Virus record (IMG/VR): IMGVR_UViG_3300033553_000790
Direction: 5' to 3' (one strand)
DNA length: 64,000 bases
Source of the DNA: an uncultured virus (IMG/VR IMGVR_UViG_3300033553_000790)
Lineage: Duplodnaviria; Heunggongvirae; Uroviricota; Caudoviricetes
Positions 41,867-50,514 of this stretch are shown here, piece by piece. Numbering within the stretch: the stretch's first letter is position 1; each line of letters opens with the position of its first letter. The translations under genes and the position numbers were made by a program. The notes beneath the pieces were generated by a model. The model worked only from the letters and a program-made list of their open reading frames with translations. It was not told where the DNA came from and made no database searches.

Positions 41867-42433
41867 ATGAAAATAAATTTGAAGCATGTTATAGCGTTCT
41901 TTATAGTCGTTGCTGTTCTTGCGTTACCCTTCCTTGTTGAATGGGGAGTGAAAGAACCAGGCAGGCTGAAAGCCGAAAATGTCGCACAGGAAGCTTCAAA
42001 CAACCCTGACATAAGCGTTAGTTGTACATATTTTCTAAAAGAGTTAACCAACACAAGTAATCATGGCGGTTTCGTGTATGAGGCCACGCCTAACATTATT
42101 AACATTAGTTTCGACAACTGTAACAAGCTGATTAGCGTGAGAGGTAAAACCAGTAACTTAAGCGAACAGGATTGGCTTATAATACATATAATAGCTCATG
42201 AGTTAGAGCACACTAAAGGGTTTTTTAGGGAATCTGAAGCCGAATGTTACGCTATACAAAACAGTAGACTAGTAGCGGACGCATGGGGAATATCACAGGA
42301 AGAATCTGACCAGCATATAGATTATTATTACAAAAATTATTACCCGCGTCTACCATCCTCCTACAGGGACGCGCGTTCGTGCTCTGATGGCGGGGAATAC
42401 GATTTAGATCCTAACTCTAATATATTCCCATAA
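41867..42433 (+). CDS. membrane-anchored zincin-like metallopeptidase
   Basis: N-terminal TM; IAHELEH...E..AE. Confidence 0.6.
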   Translation: MKINLKHVIAFFIVVAVLALPFLVEWGVKEPGRLKAENVAQEASNNPDISVSCTYFLKELTNTSNHGGFVYEATPNIINISFDNCNKLISVRGKTSNLSEQDWLIIHIIAHELEHTKGFFRESEAECYAIQNSRLVADAWGISQEESDQHIDYYYKNYYPRLPSSYRDARSCSDGGEYDLDPNSNIFP

Positions 42434-42478
42434 TTCTGACCCGATATAGTAACCTATAGTAGTTTTAAGGAAAACCAA

Positions 42479-44179
42479 ATGGACAAGATACAGAAGAACA
42501 GATTCAAAAAAGTAACCATAATTGTTTTTATTGTGGGAGTAATCGGGGCCATAGTGAGCCTTTCAGCTCTTCTGGCATACCAAAACAACATTTTCGTAAC
42601 AGCGGCTAAGATAGCTTCTGAAACCGAAATATACAATAGTTTAGACTTACAAGAGCAACCTAACATGTATGCGGAATTTTCGGTAAAAGCAATTTCTGTA
42701 GCGCCAGAAGAAGAATTAGCTAACTTCAACCAAGTAGCTAAAATGATGCTCTTCAGCCAAAACGCCGATGAGATACTCCTTCAAGGGGATGAACTCAACA
42801 TAACCTTAGATGGGAAAAAACTGGAACAAAACTCAGATGCCTTATCAAGTTTCTTATCAGGAAATAATGTAGACAACAAAGACCTGTACAACACCTTTGG
42901 TGACCGTTTCGCTATAACAAAGCTAACCCAGGACGGTAGCACATACCTTCTGGCGAAAATAAGTAACAGCCAGAATTGGGCTTCTATCGAAGACAAAATA
43001 ACAGTTGACTATAAAGTATACGACGATGTTAATATAGTTGCTTTCAGCTCAGATAATAACGGCGATTTCTCTGAGCTGAAATTCTCCTCTAACGTAAATG
43101 AGCAAGCCACTACTGATAATACAACCAGGATAAAATATATAGAAGACAAAGGTCGCTACGGAGAGACATACAGTGGAGATGGTCGAACTGGTTACCTCAC
43201 CGGGACCGTTGTTGGGGTTGTATATTACAACTTAGATACAATCAAATATGGAGAGGGCTCATTCGGACCTCTAGCTGAAGAGGACCTCGGCGGCACGCTA
43301 GCTGGCATCATTACCGTAACGCCAACTAAGGGAACGGCGATGACCTTGACTTTCAAAGACGTTTCCATAGGCGGAGAAAGCTACCCACCTGCGAACTACA
43401 TGAACAACTCCCTTACAGAAGATTCTAATCAGATTTCAGAACAATCGTCTGAAACCACCGTAGCGGATGTATTCGAAAGTATAACCTCTCAAGGTTACTC
43501 TTACTCTTTCGTTATCAAAGATGGCGCTAATCTGTTATCCCAGTACGCGACCACATCATTATTCAACAGGGCTTTCGGAACCGAAAATCTTATAAATAGC
43601 TTAGGTATGAATATAGAAGACCCCGATGTTCAAACTGCCCTAGGGCCAGACACAATAGGTTTCTCTTCCGGCGAAGCCTGGAACCCCAGCTCCTACAGCT
43701 TCTATGCTCGAAATCCAGACCCAGCTATGCTAGATGGATACAGTAAACTCCTAGAAGAACAAAGAGGGCTTGTGAAAATAACTGGAACCGCTCCGGGTGT
43801 TCACAAGTACTCAGTGCCCGCATCCACAAATTCCCCGCCACCAGATGACGCCGCAACTGAACAACCAGTTACCGACGAAGTAGAAGCCACTGCTGCTACT
43901 CCTAGCCCAAGCGCCACACCAGAAGTAACTAACACAGGTGCTGCCCAGTCAATGTCTACAGAGGCGACAGAGCTAGATAAAGCTGCCACTAATGAGCTTC
44001 TAAATGCAATCAACCAGAACTGTGACATACTTGGAGTGGTAGACACTAACTACTTCTTGTTCCGCTACTTCTATACGGGCTCCCCAGCTGCGATTGCTAC
44101 AACCCAAAATAATATATTAGGCCATGTAGGTATCTGTCAGCGAGACGACATGCTCTCATTAACCTTGATAAACAAATAA
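42479..44179 (+). CDS. membrane-anchored/exported hypothetical protein
   Basis: N-terminal TM, 566 aa. Confidence 0.6.
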   Translation: MDKIQKNRFKKVTIIVFIVGVIGAIVSLSALLAYQNNIFVTAAKIASETEIYNSLDLQEQPNMYAEFSVKAISVAPEEELANFNQVAKMMLFSQNADEILLQGDELNITLDGKKLEQNSDALSSFLSGNNVDNKDLYNTFGDRFAITKLTQDGSTYLLAKISNSQNWASIEDKITVDYKVYDDVNIVAFSSDNNGDFSELKFSSNVNEQATTDNTTRIKYIEDKGRYGETYSGDGRTGYLTGTVVGVVYYNLDTIKYGEGSFGPLAEEDLGGTLAGIITVTPTKGTAMTLTFKDVSIGGESYPPANYMNNSLTEDSNQISEQSSETTVADVFESITSQGYSYSFVIKDGANLLSQYATTSLFNRAFGTENLINSLGMNIEDPDVQTALGPDTIGFSSGEAWNPSSYSFYARNPDPAMLDGYSKLLEEQRGLVKITGTAPGVHKYSVPASTNSPPPDDAATEQPVTDEVEATAATPSPSATPEVTNTGAAQSMSTEATELDKAATNELLNAINQNCDILGVVDTNYFLFRYFYTGSPAAIATTQNNILGHVGICQRDDMLSLTLINK

Positions 44180-44204
44180 CACTCAACAGGAAGATAACAA
44201 AACA

Positions 44205-44735
44205 ATGAACCATGAAGAACTAAAAGATACTAAAGCAATAGAGGAATTCATGTTAGCTTTCGGGCAGGAATGTAGAACCCGCCCGGTCGCTGATGTGAAA
44301 GCCAGCTCAGACAACAGTGATATGAATGTTCCCGAACATGAAGTGAAACTCCGAGCGGAACTTATCACTGAAGAACTATTCGAACTATTAACTGCCATGG
44401 GTTTTCATCTTACAGTTGATGACAGCCCTATCGCGGTGGGCGAGCAGCAAAAATATTCCCTGACCCGCCATCCTGATGTCCCTGAAGGCCAAGTTTATGA
44501 CAGTCTAGAGACCTTAGATGCTTTAGGCGACCTGATATATGTGATTAAAGGATCTGGTATTGCTTTAGGGATGAATATAGATGCGGCTGTTCTCGATTCA
44601 ATTCAGCCTTCTAATATGTCTAAGTTAGGTAGTGATGGTAAGCCAATAAAAAGAGCTGATGGTAAGCTATTGAAGGCAGAAAACTACTTCGCTCCTACCG
44701 AGACTCTTAAAAATGTTCTACAAAATGGACGTTAA
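44205..44735 (+). CDS. MazG-like NTP pyrophosphohydrolase
   Basis: ITEELFEL, DALGDLIYV, SNMSKLG.DGKP..R.DGK. Confidence 0.85.
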   Translation: MNHEELKDTKAIEEFMLAFGQECRTRPVADVKASSDNSDMNVPEHEVKLRAELITEELFELLTAMGFHLTVDDSPIAVGEQQKYSLTRHPDVPEGQVYDSLETLDALGDLIYVIKGSGIALGMNIDAAVLDSIQPSNMSKLGSDGKPIKRADGKLLKAENYFAPTETLKNVLQNGR

Positions 44736-44844
44736 AGACACAAAAAAGGTTCTTTTTCGTATAAAAAATGATAAAAAGACAAAAAAACTGTTATAGGCCC
44801 GATAGTATATTAAAATAGATACGTAGTCTAAAAAAGGAAATACC

Positions 44845-45474
44845 ATGTGTAGAGGCAAAGAAGATGGCGGTAGGCGATGTCCTATGCCTGCGATCAAGCG
44901 AAAAGAAGCTCGCTTAGATCAGTACGCCCAGAAACGCGCTGAGATTTCTGACCACCTACAAGATCTCCTTAATGACAGAAACGACATAGATAACCTTCTT
45001 GCTTCCGCACCTAAAGCAGAATCCGTTCAGCTTCGTGCCGCACGTAGAGATGTTGCTGTACAAATAAAATCTACAATGCGTTCTTTAGACGGTGTTGATG
45101 AGCAAGTCAAGAAAGTTCATGATGATCTCGCTGAATACCGCCAAGAAAGAATGGAAGAGACCCAGCGCTTCTTAATCACATCTGTTGAGAGATACCAGAA
45201 GCTACTCAAAGACGGTGCCCCCAAAGTTAAGGTTGAGAAAGCCCGTAAGATGGTAAATGACGACAACACAAAATACGGTGAAGCCCAAACGGACTATGAC
45301 ACTACGGATTTGGGCTTCAAAGAGCTCGAAAAGGAACTTGCTAAAACTACTCTCACAGTAGATGAGCGCAGTTGGTTAGAGAACCGACACGTTGAGGCGA
45401 AGACACTCCGTAACCTCGCGCGTCTTCAAATTTCTACAGCACCAAAACAGGGTGAACCTCAAATAATTCTCTAA
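44845..45474 (+). CDS. coiled-coil protein with N-terminal MCxxKxxGGxRC motif
   Basis: begins MCRGKEDGGRRC. Confidence 0.6.
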   Translation: MCRGKEDGGRRCPMPAIKRKEARLDQYAQKRAEISDHLQDLLNDRNDIDNLLASAPKAESVQLRAARRDVAVQIKSTMRSLDGVDEQVKKVHDDLAEYRQERMEETQRFLITSVERYQKLLKDGAPKVKVEKARKMVNDDNTKYGEAQTDYDTTDLGFKELEKELAKTTLTVDERSWLENRHVEAKTLRNLARLQISTAPKQGEPQIIL

Positions 45475-45519
45475 ATCGTCCTATATAGCCAATGGACAAG
45501 TTATAATAGATATGAGATT

Positions 45520-46416
45520 ATGAATAATAACAACACTACCCCTTGGTGGGCACAAAATCTGCCTGAAAGCGAAACCCTAAAAGAGCACCAGAAGGGGTCT
45601 GTTTTCAAACCCATACCAAGCCTGGCAACTTTAACTTGGATAACAATTCTTATAATAGGTACCGTAAGCGTAGGATGGTGGCTATCTGTTATACATCCCC
45701 CTGTTGGTCGCAACATAGAGTTCGGCGGGTTCGAATATTACACGGATGTTTCAACTATCAACAGTCAATGTACTAACATATTCGTTTTTGGTGATGCCGA
45801 CCCGTACGGTATCATTTCATTAGACAATGCAAAGAACCCTATTACCGTTGCGCGCTACGACGAATATATAATCAATGCCAGGGAAAAAGCCGCTAGAGGT
45901 AACAGTACAATTAATCCTGAACAAGAGGCCATAGCTTTCTACACTAAATACCCTATACCAAGAAGTGTTGTCTCTATACCAATATCAGGGTACATGTTTG
46001 CTGAAGGATTAGATCCTGATAACAAATTCATAAGCCCAGGTACATTCATTCCAGCGGAGACTGTTCTACGAAGTATGTTTGATGGCGCAATTATTTTCTG
46101 GTATGACCCCACTAACCCCACACTATTAGACAACGCTAAGGCCTATGCTGAAGACAACTCAATAGATAATTTATATGTCATCCCATGGTATTATCCTTTC
46201 AGCATGCCCGATGGTAAGAGCATGGCCATTTCATCTTGGAACACTTCAATTAACTGTGGAGGCTGGTCAGAGACGGCGATGAATGAGTTCGTTTCTTTCG
46301 TTAATCAACACCCGGAAATAAAGCCTAAAACAGCTCTACCGCCCACAGCTCCCATAAACGAGGTTAAAGGAACTTTGTTTTCGGTGGACTTACTTCCAGT
46401 TGAACTAAAAAAGTAA
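45520..46416 (+). CDS. membrane protein, DUF3105-like
   Basis: TM segment; P.SG, GAIIFWYDP, AISSW resemble DUF3105. Confidence 0.45.
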   Translation: MNNNNTTPWWAQNLPESETLKEHQKGSVFKPIPSLATLTWITILIIGTVSVGWWLSVIHPPVGRNIEFGGFEYYTDVSTINSQCTNIFVFGDADPYGIISLDNAKNPITVARYDEYIINAREKAARGNSTINPEQEAIAFYTKYPIPRSVVSIPISGYMFAEGLDPDNKFISPGTFIPAETVLRSMFDGAIIFWYDPTNPTLLDNAKAYAEDNSIDNLYVIPWYYPFSMPDGKSMAISSWNTSINCGGWSETAMNEFVSFVNQHPEIKPKTALPPTAPINEVKGTLFSVDLLPVELKK

Positions 46417-46509
46417 AATGCGAGACACAAAAAATGTTCCAAGCGACAGATGATGCCGATATCTTATATTGTAATTGGAACTCTGTAAAAGGAAGAAAGG
46501 GCGCGGCTC

Positions 46510-46812
46510 ATGAGTGGAAACAACCCGTCACCTAAAGTTCATAAGCTTCAAATAGACTTAGCTGAAAACCAGTATGAGTTCCTGAGGCTACTGCTAGCTA
46601 ATAATGACATACAGCCTAGCCATGTTGTCCGAGCATTGATTTTTTTGATGCAAACGGACATGCAGCTTGCTAAAAAAGTTGTTGGTGAAATATATAAAGA
46701 ATACAATGCTTATAATGCTAAGATGCGGCTGAAGTCACTCAACGCAACCCAAGATACTATAGAAAATAGTGTCGAAAATGAGGACGAAGATGCCGGAGAT
46801 ATCAAAGAATAA
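46510..46812 (+). CDS. possible ribbon-helix-helix DNA-binding protein
   Basis: KLQIDL...S.VVRALI pattern. Confidence 0.4.
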   Translation: MSGNNPSPKVHKLQIDLAENQYEFLRLLLANNDIQPSHVVRALIFLMQTDMQLAKKVVGEIYKEYNAYNAKMRLKSLNATQDTIENSVENEDEDAGDIKE

Positions 46813-46878
46813 AGATTTTATCCGCTAGATAAGATAAAAGACGAACTTTTTTGAACTCTTAACAAATGAGGTGCTACA

Positions 46879-48114
46879 ATGTGTCAATCGAAAGCTAATG
46901 GCGGAAAGCGATGCGATCATGGGTTAAATGGTACACGTGCCGTCAAGCAACTTATAACAATAGGTCTTGATAAGACATCGAAAGAAGCCGATACTTTATG
47001 GAAAGCAGAATATTTAGAAGCTAAAAAGAGTGAAACAAATGAACCGGCAGATCCTAAAGAAGTAAAAGAATTTGTATCGGAACAAAAGTACAAAGTCAAT
47101 GGAGCACCTGACATCTCAGATCATAATAAGAAAATTGTTATCACGAACCTTAATAAAGCTGAGAAAGAAAAACCAACGCGTAGAGCGCTAAGAGCATGGA
47201 AGAGTATAATGAAAAGAGTTTGGAATAAAAGAGTAATGAGCGCAGCTGCTCTCATCGGAGCGGTATCCCTCACAACGTCCTGTGCGACTGACAATAACAG
47301 TCCACAGCCCCCACAGACGCCTACAACCACTATAGAGCAGCCCACGACATCAGCTACGGCTAACCCTGTAGATAGTGTCCCCACGGATATAGAAGCTGTT
47401 CCAGGTATGAAACCTCTTAATGAAACAGGTTTTGAATTGAGTGAGGAAGTTTACACTAACTCTACTGGCACTTACAGGAAATGGACAGCCAGCCCAGATT
47501 CTCCAGTCCGAGATTTATTCGCAAATGAAAACATAGTTAAAATTGACTTTGATGAAAGCAAAACCGCTGTGGCACAAGAGGCCTGGCAAGATGCGCTGGA
47601 CTTCATAACTGAGGAAACAATAGACTCTCAAATTGCCGGAGAAATATCTTATAACGATTGGATTTCCAGCAAAGGAACCGACCAGCGTGAAGCATACAAG
47701 AAAGAGCTAAGCAATAAGTGGTTCTCAAGTGACGAATCCTTACAGGGCGTAGAAGACAGTATGATAAATGTTGAGAAGAGTAACAACATAATTCCAGGAT
47801 ACCTGGACCCATCGTCTGACCTGGGCGACTATTCTTATAGTGACGGATACCCTAGAATTCTAGCGATAGATGTTAAGCCAATTCAGGTAAGCACGCCACC
47901 AACTTCAGATCCTAGCATTAACGCGGTACGTTTTTGGGTAGACATCCAGGCAACCAGGAAATCTGTTATAAACGGGGTAACTCGATACGTCACAGCCCCT
48001 ATGCAATTAGAGCTAGGTTTAGTGGATTCAGACAAAGACCCTGTAGACCGTAAATGGAAGATAACTGAGTACCAAGTCATAAGCATGGACGACCCTATAT
48101 ATTCCGAAGGTTAA
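46879..48114 (+). CDS. protein with N-terminal MCxxKxxGGxRC motif and internal lipoprotein-like signal
   Basis: MCQSKANGGKRC; internal KRVMSAAALIGAVSLTTSC. Confidence 0.6.
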   Translation: MCQSKANGGKRCDHGLNGTRAVKQLITIGLDKTSKEADTLWKAEYLEAKKSETNEPADPKEVKEFVSEQKYKVNGAPDISDHNKKIVITNLNKAEKEKPTRRALRAWKSIMKRVWNKRVMSAAALIGAVSLTTSCATDNNSPQPPQTPTTTIEQPTTSATANPVDSVPTDIEAVPGMKPLNETGFELSEEVYTNSTGTYRKWTASPDSPVRDLFANENIVKIDFDESKTAVAQEAWQDALDFITEETIDSQIAGEISYNDWISSKGTDQREAYKKELSNKWFSSDESLQGVEDSMINVEKSNNIIPGYLDPSSDLGDYSYSDGYPRILAIDVKPIQVSTPPTSDPSINAVRFWVDIQATRKSVINGVTRYVTAPMQLELGLVDSDKDPVDRKWKITEYQVISMDDPIYSEG

Positions 48115-48188
48115 ATAAAACATAATTACATTGTTTTTAAGAAGTGCTATAATTGGGTTAACTTTATTTTAGAATGCGAGATTAAAAC

Positions 48189-49079
48189 GTGAATTTGACA
48201 GTCCCCGAGTGGGTAGCTAAAGGTAGGAACAAAAGTGTTCGAGCAGAACGTGAACTTCTTGCCGCAGATTTAACGTCCTTAACAGGCGATAAATATATAC
48301 CCGAGGATGGCGAAAACAAAGAGATAGTTTCTTTAATGGCTGACGTGCCCGCTATAAATTCCGACGACCTAGAGCATGCCGTTAATTGCCAATATGTTTT
48401 GAACACTAAGAGCTCCCCATCTTACATTGACCAGGATGAAGAAACGCGTAGAAAAAAGTTGCGCGCTTTCGTTCTTAAAGACAAAGCCGTTCATCTTTGT
48501 GAAGAAACAGTGTACAGTAAAACTAAAAAGTGGATGGACAGAACAGTAATAAGCAGCATTAAGAAAGAAAAGTTTATAAGAATGGTCGCTATCTTCGCTA
48601 TAAAGAAAAGCGCTGATGAGGAAGTCTGGGATAAGATACATTACATGTTTGATAAGAGAACCATGCTTGCTGGCAATAAACAATTCGATGAACGCCACCT
48701 TGAGCACTACTTCGACAAAATCGAAGAGGACAAAGCTGCTGGACATGAAGCATACGAAATATACGATATGTGGCACAGAAAATACGCTAGACACTATGCT
48801 CAGAACTCAGGCCAAATAATGACACTAATCAAAACGAGCATCCTAAAAGGTATCAAACCTTCAAATTGCTCTCAAGCCCTTGAAGTTTTAGGTAAGAAAA
48901 CCGCTCCTGTTACATCTAACAGTTTACAGTACGCCCTAATGGAAGTTGAACAACTCAACCGCCAGAAAGAAAAAGCGGGCGCGAACAGCGATATGGACTT
49001 TGACCGTGACCGTTTTGCCAATATAGATGATAACGTAAGGTACACGGGAACAACACAATGGGGCGATGAGGAAGAATGA
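48189..49079 (+). CDS. hypothetical protein, possible replication partner of the next gene
   Basis: ATGA-coupled to DnaC-like ATPase. Confidence 0.5.
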   Translation: MNLTVPEWVAKGRNKSVRAERELLAADLTSLTGDKYIPEDGENKEIVSLMADVPAINSDDLEHAVNCQYVLNTKSSPSYIDQDEETRRKKLRAFVLKDKAVHLCEETVYSKTKKWMDRTVISSIKKEKFIRMVAIFAIKKSADEEVWDKIHYMFDKRTMLAGNKQFDERHLEHYFDKIEEDKAAGHEAYEIYDMWHRKYARHYAQNSGQIMTLIKTSILKGIKPSNCSQALEVLGKKTAPVTSNSLQYALMEVEQLNRQKEKAGANSDMDFDRDRFANIDDNVRYTGTTQWGDEEE

Positions 49080-50023
49080 CATCTAACGAAGCTAATGAAT
49101 ACTCTGAAATCTTTGACATCATTCAGAAAAGAAGAGAAGCCGTTCCTGCTCGTAAAGCCCCGGTCGTTGACAGCAAAGAAGAGTTGAGCCTGGCCGGTAA
49201 ATTAAAAATTTATGACTACCATGAACAAATCATGGAAGGGGCCAGAAAAGATCTCGAAGTAGCAGAAGCTGTTCACAAGCAAAGGGTCATAGGGTATTTG
49301 AAAGAATGGGAAAATAGTTTAGAGCCCAGGTGGAGGAATGCTGATATTCGGGAAGAGGATTTCTCACCAGAAGCAAAAGTTGCTATTGAGAACGCTTTGA
49401 ATGAATATAAGGAATCCCTAACAGTTCCAGGGCCCCACCAAACCTCTTTGATGTTCGTTGGCCGGTTAGGGCGAGGTAAAACATGGTCGGCTTATGCTTA
49501 TCTGAAAGAGCTGATAAGGCATGGCTATGTGGCACCTAGCCAAATATGGCACACCACAGAATCTAAACTTGGTGCTATCACGTACTCCGGTTATGATAAG
49601 AACAAATTACAGTCTGAGCTTCTTGACGACAAATATAAAGCTTATTTTATTGATGATGTCGGCAGAGGAAGCTTCCGTGAGATAGGTCAAAAAGGTGAGA
49701 TATGGTTCGAAATTGTAAACAAAGCTTACGCTAGAAATATACCGTTAATTATCACCAGCAACCTTCCTGTTACTAACCCGGACGATCCGGGGAAAGACCT
49801 TGTGGGTTATTTAGGCCACGGCCCTATAGACCGTATCAAGTCTATGGTAGCGGACGAAGGGTACGTTATTTTCGCTCAGGGGGAGAATAAACGACAAACG
49901 TTAGCTGACAATAAGCGTAGCGAAAAAGCTAAAACTCCGTTATCTAAAATGGCCACAGGTGAAGATACCTCAAACTTCCACTCTAGAAAGCCAGCATCTA
50001 AGAAAAAAGGCCCATTGTTCTAA
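49076..50023 (+). CDS. DnaC/IstB-like AAA+ ATPase
   Basis: GRLGRGKT, FIDDVG, IITSNL, DRI. Confidence 0.75.
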   Translation: MTSNEANEYSEIFDIIQKRREAVPARKAPVVDSKEELSLAGKLKIYDYHEQIMEGARKDLEVAEAVHKQRVIGYLKEWENSLEPRWRNADIREEDFSPEAKVAIENALNEYKESLTVPGPHQTSLMFVGRLGRGKTWSAYAYLKELIRHGYVAPSQIWHTTESKLGAITYSGYDKNKLQSELLDDKYKAYFIDDVGRGSFREIGQKGEIWFEIVNKAYARNIPLIITSNLPVTNPDDPGKDLVGYLGHGPIDRIKSMVADEGYVIFAQGENKRQTLADNKRSEKAKTPLSKMATGEDTSNFHSRKPASKKKGPLF

Positions 50024-50097
50024 AATAAGTTCGTCTTTTTCAAAAAGTTCGTCTTTTTGCGTTAGGAACGTTATTAGATAGTACATATTGGAGAGCA

Positions 50098-50451
50098 GTG
50101 ATTATGGAGCGTTTATTCTTTCAAGAAGTAGCAGCAGACACCGGCACTGTTCCGCTCCGGAATAGCAGAATTTCCAATACGAAATCAACTAACCCGGCTA
50201 AACAAATTTTTACGACTTTACTAGGGGCTTTAGTTGTTATAGCTTTAATTGGGATAATAACTACCCCTTTCATACTAATAGGTAAAATAACATATAACAC
50301 GCCAGCGGTAGAAGGCGCTATAACTAGCCTACACAGCACGCTCAGCGGACAAGAGAAGCCAGCGGATAACATTAGCGCTAGCGGCGTTTACCGAGAAGAT
50401 GGGATTAACGTACTATCCGCTGGAGTTTCATACGCAGGCAGTAGTAATTAA
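50098..50451 (+). CDS. small membrane protein
   Basis: one hydrophobic segment. Confidence 0.5.
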   Translation: MIMERLFFQEVAADTGTVPLRNSRISNTKSTNPAKQIFTTLLGALVVIALIGIITTPFILIGKITYNTPAVEGAITSLHSTLSGQEKPADNISASGVYREDGINVLSAGVSYAGSSN

Positions 50452-50514
50452 TTAACCTATTTTCTAGATGTGATATAATTTACTTTATATCAGGACGGGA
50501 AGATACAGGTTTAT

